A DNA stretch of 63,427 bases, filler included, from Welwitschia mirabilis (Eukaryota): assembly GCA_051453625.1 (NCBI GenBank). It is 7 parts of one record of this genome, joined end to end, with 100 filler letters (N's around TTAATTAATTAA, not from the genome) between each part and the next. Parts side by side here need not be neighbours in the genome. Positions count along the whole stretch, not along the records: positions 33,407 to 41,482 come from JBOZIK010000001.1; positions 41,583 to 53,347 come from JBOZIK010000001.1; 5 more parts are not named here. One strand, 5' to 3'. The position numbers and the translations under genes are program-made. The notes beneath the pieces are model-generated. The model was not told the DNA's origin and made no database searches. It was given only the letters and a program-made list of their open reading frames with translations. Below, in pieces: positions 39,945 through 53,346 of the stretch (the stretch's first letter is position 1; every line of letters starts with the position of its first letter).

Positions 39945-40885
39945 ATCCTTCTCCTGCATCACCCATTTACATGTACTTCATCACCCCTGCAATGCCCTCT
40001 AGATGGATAAAAATGGAAGAAAAGATGATGGAAAATGGAATTTAAAAGGGATTAGAAGGCTGAAAATGGATGTTATGATATAAAAATATGAATATGAAGA
40101 ATGTGGAAGGCTTTTAAAGCTAGTAACAGAGAAGATAAATGCGAAAATAAAGAAATATGAGAGAAATGAGAAAATCTCCTTCCAATGTTCTAGGATGGTT
40201 TGAATCACATCAAATTGGCATAAAAATGGTGAGTAACATTATTATTTAAGGTGGGATATTAATAAAGATTTTTATAGGTGCATTTCAATTGATTTTAGCC
40301 TGAGAAGTTGCTAAAACCATCACATTTCCATATGTAATTCATAAGACATTAGTGAAAACTATCATATGGTGTTGCAATATCAATTTACTCATGAAAATGA
40401 TGATGCAGCATCATAGATAGTTTTAAAAATTAACTACCTCAACTTCTAAAAATTAAATTAATTTAATTTATTGCTTTAAGCTAATATTACCTAAAAACAT
40501 CAAATTTGACTAAAATTAACTAGAAATACACATATTATAGCTTCCAAAATGTAAATTTTGAAGGTACTAATGTTCTAAAATGCTCTGATGTTATCCAATG
40601 TCATGCATCTAGTGTCAAAATGAGTTTGAATCATTTCATTAGCAAGTGGATGAGATATGATGATAGAATAGAGACTATAAATCATCTATAGAGCTGCTAG
40701 TTTAAAGTAGTTCTCTAAGATCTACATTTTCTCCCTTGATCATGATCCCCTAATTGCAATTATCACAAAGAGCTTTAAAATGGATAATAATGCATCATTT
40801 TAAGCTCATAGATTATCTAAGATCCCTGTCATCTAAAAAGTGTAGGAATGCCTCTAAAAATAATATTAAAGTTTGAAATGTAATG
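39945..40885. repeat. Second copy of the 34780-35885 repeat
   Basis: Same colinear blocks; ORF-track translations at 34831 and 39999 are visibly homologous. Confidence 0.75.
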
Positions 40886-41391
40886 TACAATAATAACTAT
40901 TTTCTGGCATCACCAATATTATGTTATCATTATTTGTAATATATTTCTTAGCTAACATGTAGGGTGGTGATGATAAATTTATGTTTTTCTATGCTACACA
41001 AGCTATATATAACCATAGAACTAGGGATAGCACATTACATAAGCTTCCACTCTAGTCCATGCTCACAACCTAATCCTATCATAAATGCTTCTACTTAGTA
41101 AGTATCACTCCTTATCTAGAGATACTTCAATAAGATCTAATGCAAAATATGATCCATTATAGCTTTTACTAGTTTATAAGGCCTTTCCATAAAGAGTATT
41201 ATCTCACCTAGTTGTGGGAATTCTACAAGAGGATAACTTTACATTATTGTGATCCCATCATTTAATATCCCAACCAGCTAGAGTGAGAAATTATAATTAA
41301 GTCATAAGTAAAACACATAAAGTTATATTACTAAGGCATTTTACAAAATGATTTCATCATCCCCAATGAAGGGACTAGTCCATATATGGAT

Positions 41392-43335
41392 TGTAACATC
41401 AAGGAGGAAAAACTAGATTTTTTTAGAGAAGTGGTTAGAGAAGAAGAGGCTTTAGAGACTTTAATGTTAAGCTTTGATAAAANNNNNNNNNNNNNNNNNN
41501 NNNNNNNNNNNNNNNNNNNNNNNNNNTTAATTAATTAANNNNNNNNNNNNNNNNNNNNNNNNNNNNNNNNNNNNNNNNNNNNGCCTCTCTAACTTATCCC
41601 TACTAAGATCAATCCTCTCCCCATATCTGGAAACCCCTACAACTATTGTAATGTGTTGTGTCTCAATGTATATGCAATGTCCTCCTATAATAGATCTAAT
41701 TTGGTTATAATGTAAACCATCCTACTTGGTGGCTGAAATAACCTCAAAGGTCTAGTAAAACTGAATAATCTCTACCTCATAGTAAGAGCCATGATCATGT
41801 AATAACTAGCCAAAAATATTGAACTCCTCCAGTGCATGGTCTAAGTCATGNNNNNNNNNNNNNNNNNNNNNNNNNNNNNNNNNNNNNNNNNNNNNNNNNN
41901 NNNNNNNNNNNNNNNNNNNNNNNNNNNNNNNNNNNNNNNNNNNNNNNNNNNNNNNNNNNNNNNNNNNNNNNNNNNNNNNNNNNNNNNNNNNNNNNNNNNN
42001 NNNNNNNNNNNNNNNNNNNNNNNNNNNNNNNNNNNNNNNNNNNNNNNNNNNNNNNNNNNNNNNNNNNNNNNNNNNNNNNNNNNNNNNNNNNNNNNNNNNN
42101 NNNNNNNNNNNNNNNNNNNNNNNNNNNNNNNNNNNNNNNNNNNNNNNNNNNNNNNNNNNNNNNNNNNNNNNNNNNNNNNNNNNNNNNNNNNNNNNNNNNN
42201 NNNNNNNNNNNNNNNNNNNNNNNNNNNNNNNNNNNNNNNNNNNNNNNNNNNNNNNNNNNNNNNNNNNNNNNNNNNNNNNNNNNNNNNTGGTCTAAGTCAA
42301 GATCTAGCCTCTAATTATAGTTACTAAGATGGATCTCCCTTTGGTAAATGATAGAAGCAAATATATGACTTCCCTCCTATAGAATAGCATTTTACTTCCA
42401 TTATTTTTCTACCCGGGTACTAATAGAGTATGTACATGTTTGAGAAGAGGATGTACTTGTGTCACTCATTTTGATGAAATATGATTGAATTTCTTAAAAT
42501 TAATAGCCCTAAAGGTAAAAGATGAGTGAGGCTCTTGAGAGGAGTTAGAGGAAACATGTGAGATAAGAATTGGTTATAAAATGAGGTATAAAAATGGATA
42601 TATAAAAACTCTATCGTGCTATTATCCCTTGTGTCATGGGAATAATAGTAGAGATGACACATGTGTCATTTGCTTAGTCATGCAGAAAATAATGGGCATG
42701 ACCATATAGAAAAACCAAAATAAAAATTATAGTCGTCATCCCACATGTCATGGGATGACATATCAAATGAAAGCATTCTTGATTTCTAATCAATCCTTAA
42801 TTTTGAAGTTGAACCTTACTAATGGAGGTAATTTCCATCATAAACTTAGTTTTTATGAATTTTAACATTGTACTTAGGAATTGTAAAAATGCTAATATGA
42901 TGAAGGTAAGCCTTAAAAATTTTTATTAAACTAGGTTCAAAGTTGATAAAAAGTCATGGATCTAAGATAAGTGATTTTTGAAGGATCTATTGAGATGGAT
43001 TAATTTGCTTAATTGGCCAAAATTAGCATTTGAAAGGGTCTAATGGAGAAGTCTAAGAAAATTTGATGATTTAGGAAATTTCTCAATTTTAATCTTATCC
43101 AAATTTAAGTGCTTTCAAGTTTTCTGATTAAGAAGAGGATAAGGATCATGAATCATTTAGTTAGTTTGCCAAAAATTAAATTTGAGTGTCATGTCCTTGG
43201 TCATAGGGATGATACAAGACATGATAGTATTACAACAAGTGTCATGGCCTTGGTTGTGGGAATGACATATGACACGATGGGATTTTAAAGGTACATGCAT
43301 AAGATAAATCTAGAATTGAAAGTGGGGTAGTTACA
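41392..43335. mobile_element. Probable solo LTR (TGTAAC...GTTACA) with 5-bp TSD TGGAT
   Basis: Inverted termini TGTAAC at 41392 and GTTACA ending at 43335; TGGAT at 41387-41391 and 43336-43340. Contains gaps, so hidden internal sequence cannot be excluded. Confidence 0.75.
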
Positions 43336-44664
43336 TGGATGTTAGAAAATATTTATGAGAATTAGGCATAATAGAAATTTAATGTAGAAATGGCTCATGA
43401 GGTGCTAGAGACATAAAAACTAGAAATTACAAATTGAGAATTGAAAATGAAATGCAAAAACTTAAGCCTTAACATGTTTATAATATATTTCAAGGCTAGT
43501 AGCTGGATGATAAAATGCATAGAGTTCATGATGAGTAACTTTACTTAACTAAAGAATTAAACCCAATAAGAATTTTAAAAGGATGCAACTTAATTTTGAG
43601 AATTTTTGACTTAACTATCAAAGTATAAAAGAAATGGATTAAATATAACATGAAGAAGGTTGGTTCCTTTTATTCTAGATGCCCACCTNNNNNNNNNNNN
43701 NNNNNNNNNNNNNNNNNNNNNNNNNNNNNNNNNNNNNNNNNNNNNNNNNNNNNNNNNNNNNNNNNNNNNNNNNNNNNNNNNNNNNNNNNNNNNNNNNNNN
43801 NNNNNNNNNNNNNNNNNNNNNNNNNNNNNNNNNNNNNNNNNNNNNNNNNNNNNNNNNNNNNNNNNNNNNNNNNNNNNNNNNNNNNNNNNNNNNNNNNNNN
43901 NNNNNNNNNNNNNNNNNNNNNNNNNNNNNNNNNNNNNNNNNNNNNNNNNNNNNNNNNNNNNNNNNNNNNNNNNNNNNNNNNNNNNNNNNNNNNNNNNNNN
44001 NNNNNNNNNNNNNNNNNNNNNNNNNNNNNNNNNNNNNNNNNNNNNNNNNNNNNNNNNNNNNNNNNNNNNNNNNNNNNNNNNNNNNNNNNNNNNNNNNNNN
44101 NNNNNNNNNNNNNNNNNNNNNNNNNNNNNNNNNNNNNNNNNNNNNNNNNNNNNNNNNNNNNNNNNNNNNNNNNNNNNNNNNNNNNNNNNNNNNNNNNNNN
44201 NNNNNNNNNNNNNNNNNNNNNNNNNNNNNNNNNNNNNNNNNNNNNNNNNNNNNNNNNNNNNNNNNNNNNNNNNNNNNNNNNNNNNNNNNNNNNNNNNNNN
44301 NNNNNNNNNNNNNNNNNNNNNNNNNNNNNNNNNNNNNNNNNNNNNNNNNNNNNNNNNNNNNNNNNNNNNNNNNNNNNNNNNNNNNNNNNNNNNCTTGGTT
44401 CCTTTTATTCTAGATGCCCACCTAATAAGAACCACATTGGATAATTGTTAGACTAATTAATGTAAAAGATATACATGACATAATGCTTTCAAGATGATAG
44501 ATTTAGAAGTAAGTAATTATGAAGAGATGTTCATCAAGGTACTCATAAATGTTTTTTTAGTGCTTTTTATCTTCCTTCATCATTCTTTCTCTTCCTTATT
44601 TCCATCTTTTAAAAATCGGGGTTTTATTTAAAGAGGGAGATTGAGTGTTAAGAGAGACTATTCT

Positions 44665-44823
44665 TCATGGTGAGGGAGGTGCAATCACTACCATAGGTAA
44701 AAACCCAATCATGACCAACTATCCCCTAGGTGGAGTCTCCACTGCTACCATGTTACATTGTTAAAAGAGAATGGACTCAAAAGCCAACTGTCCCTCTGGT
44801 GTGCTTGTGGCAGAACATCATGG
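44665..44823. ncRNA. Putative structured RNA motif, copy B
   Basis: Same conserved blocks; lies in non-coding sequence downstream of the minus-strand integrase. Confidence 0.5.
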
Positions 44824-45624
44824 AATTAAATACACTTCTATTTTTATTTTGAAGGTATTTAAACTTTTCTAATGAGGTAATTGATAAAAATCAAGTATTC
44901 ATAGGTATTTAAATACCTTGAGTTTAGATAAAGTCAAACTTATCACTTATTAAACATCATGAATCTTAATGATTGAGCATTGTTCATGTGAAGGACAATC
45001 AAGTAGTTTAATAAATCTGAGATAGATCAAGTTAAGAAGTCATCTAGACAATAACAAAGAGGAGGGACTCCTCTTTTTCAAAGAGAGGTTCCTCTAACTC
45101 AACTACTTCTATCATGTTCACTNNNNNNNNNNNNNNNNNNNNNNNNNNNNNNNNNNNNNNNNNNNNNNNNNNNNNNNNNNNNNNNNNNNNNNNNNNNNNN
45201 NNNNNNNNNNNNNNNNNNNNNNTAACTTGACTTAGCTAAAGAATTAAACCCAATAAGAATTTTAAGAGAATGCAATTTGGTTTTGAGAATTTTTAACTTT
45301 AACTATAAAATTATGAAAGACATGAATTTAAAGGGCATGAAGAAGGTTAGTCCTTTGTCTTTTAAGTGCCAACTTAACAAGACCTACATAGGATAATTAT
45401 CAGACTAATTAACGTGAAAGATATTCATGACATAATGCTTTAAGGTAAGAGATTTAAAAGTAAGTAATTATGAAGAGATGCTTATCAAGCTACTCATAGA
45501 AATTTTGAGTTCTTTGTTTATTTTCCTTCTCTTTCTTTCTCTTCCTCCTTCCCCTCCACTTTTTTTTTTTTTTTTTGAGTGTTTTATTTAAAGAGGAAGA
45601 TTGAGTATCAAGAGATACTATTCT

Positions 45625-45799
45625 TTATGATGAAGAGGATGCAACCACTACCATAGGAGAAGGGATCTGCAGGTAAAAACCCGATCATGGCCAACTATCC
45701 CCTAGGTGGAGTCTCCATAGCTACCATATCACACTGCCAAAAGAGAATGGACCCAAAAGCCAACTATTCCTTTGGTGTGATTGCGGTAGAACACCATGG
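45625..45799. ncRNA. Putative structured RNA motif, copy C
   Basis: Nested stems CTACC/GGTAG, CACACTG/TGGTGTG and AAGAGAATGG/CTATTCCTTT; about 300 bp downstream of the integrase end on the minus strand. Confidence 0.55.
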
Positions 45800-46112
45800 A
45801 ATTAAACACCATTTACTTTTTATTTTGAACGTATTTGTACTTTTCTAATGAGGTAATTGATGTGAATTAAGTATTCATAGGTATTTAAATACCTTGAGTT
45901 TAAATAAAGCCAAACTCATTACTTGTTAAACTTCATAAATCTTAATGATGGAGCATTAGTCATGTGAAAGATAACTAAATAGTCTGATGAATTCAAGATA
46001 GATTAAGTTAAGAGATAATTTAGACAATAACAAAAGAAAAGGCCTCCTCTTTTTCAAGAAGAGGTTCCTCTAACTCAACTACTTCTATCATGTTGACTGA
46101 GTAAGAATAATG

Positions 46113-49100
46113 ACTAGGTGATTGATAATGTTTTAAACATTATCTATTTACCTTCATTATTTCATTAGTTTTTAGGTTAGAAATATCAATTGAACCATTG
46201 GAATGGATCTTCTCAATTAGATATGGATCTAACCATTTAGAAGTCTGTTTGTTATGAATTAAATAAACTTTAGCATTAAAGAGTATAACATACTAGCCAG
46301 GGTAAAGTTCTTTATGCACAAGGTTTTTATCATATTCATGTTTGGCTTGGGTTTTGACTATAAGTTAGTGATGAAGATCCTAGATTCTCTTTTCATCAAG
46401 GTAGTTTAATTGAATTAAGTGTGCTTGAAGATTGTTAACATGAGAAATAATGCTAAGTTGATGAACTATTTTGTAATAATTATAACATACATCGACTAGA
46501 AGCACACACGTTTTACCATAGACAAGTTCATAAGGAGAGAAACCTAAATAATTATACTAAGTCATATGATAAGTCCAAAGGACATTATTAAGACAAAGTG
46601 CCCATGATTTTTGAGACTTTGATAAAGTTTGAAGAGTACTTTTTTGATCTCACGATTAGCATTTTCAGCTTGCCCATTTGATTGGGGATGGTAAGAGTTA
46701 GCTATTATATGTTTAATTTCAATTGAAAGTAAGAGTTTTTTAAGGATATTATTAATGAAGTAAGTACCTTGATCAGAAATGAAAATTCTAGGAAATTCAA
46801 ATCTTTGAAAGATGTTTGATCTAAGAAATTGGCAAACAGTTTTTGCATCATAAGTATGTAGAAATGGCTTCAACTCATTTTTTACATAATTAAATATCAC
46901 TAAGATATAATGCTTTCCACATGAAGGGGGTTTGAGAGTACCTACAAAGTCTATACCCCAATAATCAAAAGGTTCACATTTGAAGATAGGTGTAAGAGGC
47001 ATGTCATGAATTCGAGTAAGACCTCCAGATTCTTAGTAAGAATCACATTTCCTAGTGAAGTCAAAGGCATCTCTAAATATAGAGGGCTAACAGAATCCTA
47101 AATGTAAGATTTTTATAGCATTTTTTAGCAGTTTTTCATCATAAAATAACCTTCACAAACTCTGCCATGATAAAGAAGAAGAATTTCTTATTGCTCCTAT
47201 TCAAGATCACATTTGTGCATTATTTGATCTTTGCATTGCCTACACAGATGTGGTTTGATCCATTCATAGTTACCTATCCTATGGAAGAAAGATTTTCATT
47301 CATTTCTATTCTAGTGAGAAGATGTTTTAAGTATGACAAGATAATTTACAATATTACTGTACCAAGGAGTAGGTTGTTTTAAAGATATATCATAAAATTA
47401 TTCAATCAGGAAAAGTTGTTCATCTAGGAAATCATCATAAATCGGTTGATTGAAAGAATTAGGAGAAGTATTTGAAGGAATTCTAAAAAGATGATAAGCT
47501 ACTAGATTTTGTTTTCTTGCTTTATCCACTATCATCAAATTGAATTCTTGTAATAAGAGTACACATCACATCAGGCACATACTAGAATCTTTCTTTATCA
47601 TTAAATATCTAATGGTAGCATGATCTATATAAACATAAGTATGAAAACCAAAGTGATAATGTCAAAGTTTGTTTACACAAAAGATGATTACTAGCATCTC
47701 TTTTTTAATATTTGTATATTTAAGTTAAGCACTAGAAAGGGTTCTACTAATTTAGCTAATTACTTTCATCCCTTTCTCATTTTTTTAATCCTAATACTTC
47801 ACCTACGGTAAGATTACTAGCATCACATATTAGCTCAAAGTTCTTATTCCAATCTGGTCCACTCACTATGGGTTCATTGGTAATGGTAATTTTAAGATTC
47901 TTAAAGGCTTGTTAGCATTCATTGCTCCATTTATATTTAACATCTTTTTTTAAAATTTGATGAAGTGACTTACAAATTTTTTCATATCCTTTAATGAATC
48001 TGCGATAAAATCTATAATGTTTCAAAAATGATTGTACTTGTTTTATGTTAGAAGGGGTTGGAAGATTTTTTATGACATCAATTTTTGATGGGTCCATTTT
48101 TATACCTCTCATTGAAATATGATTTCCTAAAACTATCCCTTCATTAACCATGAAATGGCTTTTTTCCTAACTAAGGTGAAGTCTATTCTCAATACATCAT
48201 TCTAAGATTTGTACTAAATGATTTAAAGTTTGATTAAACTAATATTCAAAGACTAAAAAATCATCCATGAAAATTTTGATGGAGTTTTCTACAAGGTTAC
48301 TAAAATTCCCATCATAGCACATTCAAAGGTACCTAGAGCATTACATAAACGAAAAGTCATTCTTCTAAAAGAATAAGTACCAAAAGAAGAGGTGAAATTA
48401 GTTTTTACTTGATTTTTATTTACAATACATACTTGGTTGTATCCACTATAACCATCAAAGAAAGAGTATAATACATGTCCTTGTATTCTATCCAATACTT
48501 GATCAAGAAAAGAAAGAGGGCAATGATCCTTTTTAGTTACTTCATTAAGTCTTCAGAAGTTTATGCATACTTTCCACTTACCACCTTTCTTAGATACTAC
48601 AATTAATGGACTAACCCACTCACTATCGCTTATAAGATAAATGATATTAGCATTTTAAAGTTTAATGATCTCATCTTTAACCACTTGTTTTAGTGCTGGA
48701 TGTAGATGTATTTAAGGTTGTGTTATGGGTTTTGAATTGTCCTCTAGGTATATCTTGTGTTGAACAATATGTGGTGGAATAGGAGATATGTTCTTATGAC
48801 TTCAAGCAAAAGCTTCAGATTTAGATGTGAGAAGTGATACTAAGGCTTGCTCATCTTTTAGGTAGAAATGACTACTAATGATTACTTAGGATTGTTTTTG
48901 ATAAAAATGTATTTCAATCCCCTTTTAAGCTTCTTCAGATTCATCTTAAAGTTGACTCCTTCATGTCTATTAGAGATTGCATATCCATCCTCATAAAAAG
49001 TTGTCTCCATGGTTTTTACTTCTTTAATATCTTGAATTATGATGTTGTCAAATGTTTCTTTTATGAGGGGTTCCATATTACTATTAAGTTCATGAGGGTT

Positions 49101-51660
49101 GATGGAATTAAGACTACTTAAGATTGTTGAGAATTCCTTCATATCATTAAAAAGAGTTAGCTGTTCATGTGTGAGGGCCTTCAATTCAAGTGAATGATGA
49201 ACTACAAACATTGTTGATCTAACATATTTACTAATCTTATCATTTAAATTTCTTGTATCCTTTTCTACTACATTAAAGACTTGAACTTGGATCTTTTTAC
49301 TACCTACATGAAGTTCTGTGATTCCAGTTCTACCATCTATAATGTAGTGAATAGCAGCACAAAAAATTCTACCTAAAAGTAAGGGGTATTCACCCTTGTT
49401 ATTAATTTCTATAATGATGACATCCATGGGATAGTAGGCTTCCTCTCTTTGGATAACCAAATACTTAATAATTCTAATAGGTTTTCTCAATATTAAATTA
49501 GGAATTTCCAAGATAATTTTTATTGGTTCAATTCGGTTTTCTAATCCAAACTTTTTAAAATGTAGATAGGCATAATGTTGACACTTTCACCTATGTTAAT
49601 AAGGGCTTTCTTAATCTTTTTGTTGCCTTCTAAGATTATACTAATGGTTGCTACTCCTAGATCTTTGAATTTTAGACATTTTAGCATTACCAAGTTGGAT
49701 ATAGATTAGGCTAAAAACATTTTACTTGCTAATGTATATTTTTGCTTCCTCCTACAAAGGTCCTTTCATACTTCGACATACTTAGGTTGTCTTGAAGTAT
49801 GCGATAAAATGGTAGTATGACATTGACATCTTTTAGGATTGTTTTGATGTACTCATCATAATTTGGATTGAATTGAGTTGATATAATTAAGGGATAAGAT
49901 GTTTTATTTCTTTTTTTAATGATGCATTCTTGTTGGTTGAAGTGGAAGTAGAAGGAAAGTGTATCTTATCAAGGATTTATACATTTCATCCTTTCTTTTC
50001 TTAATTTTATCATTTGTAGATGGTTCTTTAAGTGTAGTAATACTGCTTTTTTCGGTGACTATCTTCCAAACCTTCTTTACATCATTGGAATTAGGTAATG
50101 TGTTAAAAGCTAATATGCCTTGTGGTCTTTGGTTAGCTAACATAATTTTTTGCATAATTTTAGTCAAATCTTGTATACTTTTTTTTGTTTGATCAATACT
50201 CTTATGGGTCTATTTGTGGATGCTTCTTATTTTTGTTATAGCTTCCTTAATTGAATCTTCTTTATGTTGTTTGTATCTTTTATATCTTAGGTTATATGGT
50301 TGTTTAAAGAAGGATTTATACTCGGGTTTGAAAGAAGGACCTGGTTGATGGTAAGGCTTCTTCTCATTGTGATAAGGTCCTTTGTAGTAATTATGTCTAA
50401 TTGGTTTGCATAGCATACTTCTTCCCTTACTACTTCCTTCACAATTATCAAAAATGGGCATTTAGTAACTGAGTGGTTTTCTTCACATAATTCACAAGTA
50501 GGAGTTGATTTAGTGTGGGCCTTTGCTAATTTTACTTCTCTGATTAGTTTCATTAGTTTCCTTACAAGTGGGTTGTCATTGTCACTACTATCGTCATCTT
50601 TATAAATGATTTGTTTTTGTTTGCCCTCTAGATGTTTTATATTATGGATTTTTCTTAAATATTGCTCAAGAATTTTCTTTTCTCTAGGCTTAGATCATGC
50701 TTGGTAAGGTTCAACTAAGTCTCGTAAATGTTGTTATACTTCATTAGTTGTGTGTTGAAATAAACTCCCTTCTCAAGAAAGATCTACAATTTGTTTTAGT
50801 ACACTAGTGAGGCTATTGTATAAATGATAGATTAATTCTTCTTATTTGAATTCATCTATGGGGTTGGTGAAAACTAAAATTAGGAATCTTTCCCAAGATG
50901 AAGCATAATTCTCATTGTCTTTCTATTGAAAATTGGTTATCTCTTAATGTCATTGCCTCAAAGTGGTTCCACTAAGGAATCATTTGATAAAGCTTTCTTT
51001 GATATCCTTCAAAGTTTTGAGACTTTCATAGGGTAAGTCCTTAAGCCAATTCTTTACTTTTTCACTCAGAAAAGACTATCATATAGTTTCTATCTATTGT
51101 GGATTTCTTTTCATTACATATAAGCATCAATTATTTAATGGCAACAATGTGTTCATAAGGATCTTCATGAGTTTCTCCATAGAAAGAGGGATAGACATTA
51201 AGATTTTTAATTTTTTTAATCATTTCCAATAGGAAGATCAAAAGGATTATGGATTTTTCTAAGTTTTATCCTTAAGAGTTGGTTGGTCATCACTAGAAAT
51301 TGTAGACATTATGGGAGTTGTAGGATTTTGATTTATACATTTATGATTCAAAGAATATGAAGTTGAAACTTGATTTGCAAAAGAATTTAAATTAGGACTA
51401 AAAGAAATTATAATAGAAGAGGTGATTTTTATTTTGAGATAGTATTTAGAAATCCTAGAAGATGATTTGATAGATAATGAAAAATTTTCAGAATGTAAAT
51501 TACAATCTTTTAGTAAATCAGATTTATCAAATTTAAAAATAAAAATTTCTCACCTTGAGTCCTTGAATTACATATTTGAATACCTTATTGAATTTCCTCT
51601 TTTAAAAATTACTTTCCATGTTGATAACGTATATTTTTTTCTTTGGAATTTGATTTCATT
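46113..51660 (-). pseudogene. Ty3/gypsy (Athila-like, non-chromoviral) gag-pol pseudogene, essentially complete
   Basis: Order gag (CELCEENHSVTKC), protease region (KALINIGESVNIM; YPLLLGRIF), RT (FFDGYSGYNQV; IFMDDF), RNase H (FELICDASN), integrase (PFDYWGIDFVG; FISDQGTYF; YHPQSNGQAE; KVNR*CLKHY). No chromodomain seen. Confidence 0.93.
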
Positions 51661-51699
51661 CCCTTGCTTAACCTGAAAAATCCCACCTTTTAAATCAAA

Positions 51700-53346
51700 A
51701 CCATTGTAGGCAATCTCTACGATTACATTAAAGTGCAAGGAGTAGACCCAATGATTAAGAGTAATGTTTTTTCATGGAATATTCATCTAGGATCTAAGAA
51801 AAAGACAGTGAAAGAATTCTTGTTATGTAATAATCCTTCTAGATCATACAAAGCACAAGAAGGTAGACCTATCAAGGTGAAATTATTGTATAAAAAAGAG
51901 AATAGAAAAAGAAGAAACAATTTGTAATAAAAATGGTACACAATATAAACAATAATTTGAAACAAGGTGTTACCATCTAAAGGTAAATAATCTTGCTTGG
52001 ATAGGGGTAGAAATATTTTCTTTGATCAAAAGGCAAGTAGATCTCTTTAGATAATCTCCTCGAAGCAAGTAGATTACNNNNNNNNNNNNNNNNNNNNNNN
52101 NNNNNNNNNNNNNNNNNNNNNNNNNNNNNNNNNNNNNNNNNNNNNNNNNNNNNNNNNNNNNNNNNNNNNNNNNNNNNNNNNNNNNNNNNNNNNNNNNNNN
52201 NNNNNNNNNNNNNNNNNNNNNNNNNNNNNNNNNNNNNNNNNNNNNNNNNNNNNNNNNNNNNNNNNNNNNNNNNNNNNNNNNNNNNNNNNNNNNNNNNNNN
52301 NNNNNNNNNNNNNNNNNNNNNNNNNNNNNNNNNNNNNNNNNNNNNNNNNNNNNNNNNNNNNNNNNNNNNNNNNNNNNNNNNNNNNNNNNNNNNNNNNNNN
52401 NNNNNNNNNNNNNNNNNNNNNNNNNNNNNNNNNNNNNNNNNNNNNNNNNNNNNNNNNNNNNNNNNNNNNNNNNNNNNNNNNNNNNNNNNNNNNNNNNNNN
52501 NNNNNNNNNNNNNNNNNNNNNNNNNNNNNNNNNNNNNNNNNNNNNNNNNNNNNNNNNNNNNNNNNNNNNNNNNNNNNNNNNNNNNNNNNNNNNNNNNNNN
52601 NNNNNNNNNNNNNNNNNNNNNNNNNNNNNNNNNNNNNNNNNNNNNNNNNNNNNNNNNNNNNNNNNNNNNNNNNNNNNNNNNNNNNNNNNNNNNNNNNNNN
52701 NNNNNNNNNNNNNNNNNNNNNNNNNNNNNNNNNNNNNNNNNNNNNNNNNNNNNNNNNNNNNNNNNNNNNNNNNNNNNNNNNNNNNNNNNNNNNNNNNNNN
52801 NNNNNNNNNNNNNNNNNNNNNNNNNNNNNNNNNNNNNNNNNNNNNNNNNNNNNNNNNNNNNNNNNNNNNNNNNNNNNNNNNNNNNNNNNNNNNNNNNNNN
52901 NNNNNNNNNNNNNNNNNNNNNNNNNNNNNNNNNNNNNNNNNNNNNNNNNNNNNNNNNNNNNNNNNNNNNNNNNNNNNNNNNNNNNNNNNNNNNNNNNNNN
53001 NNNNNNNNNNNNNNNNNNNNNNNNNNNNNNNNNNNNNNNNNNNNNNNNNNNNNNNNNNNNNNNNNNNNNNATCCTGACACCAAGGAGACTCCTTTCTATA
53101 GCACGAGATGGACCTCTCATCCTTCAAGATTCTGTTACAAGTATTAGATACAAAAGATGGGGTGAAAATGAAGGAGGAGAAGGGTATTTATATATTTTCA
53201 ATTGAGGGATTTGAAGGTAAACCCTAAAGATAGGAAATAGAAATTCTAACGATCCACATGAGTTATTTGACCTCATTTACAATGAAATTTATTATTGTAG
53301 TGTAGAAATAGTTGTTATCATGTCTTTCGTCCACATGACATAGGGG
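51700..53346 (-). repeat. LTR sequence; 53153-53346 is homologous to 55682-55877
   Basis: Shared AAAGATGG..GGAGGAGAAGGG..TTTATA..GATCCACATGAG..TCGTCCACATGAC blocks; left boundary uncertain. Confidence 0.55.

Noticed and set aside
45625-45799. 5S rRNA/Cassandra, riboswitch, hammerhead or HDV-like identity for the conserved motif
   Set aside because: Only short resemblances (GGATGCAACC, GGAGTTC); no CTGATGA/GAAA core, and no colinear match to 5S or to riboswitch consensuses I know.
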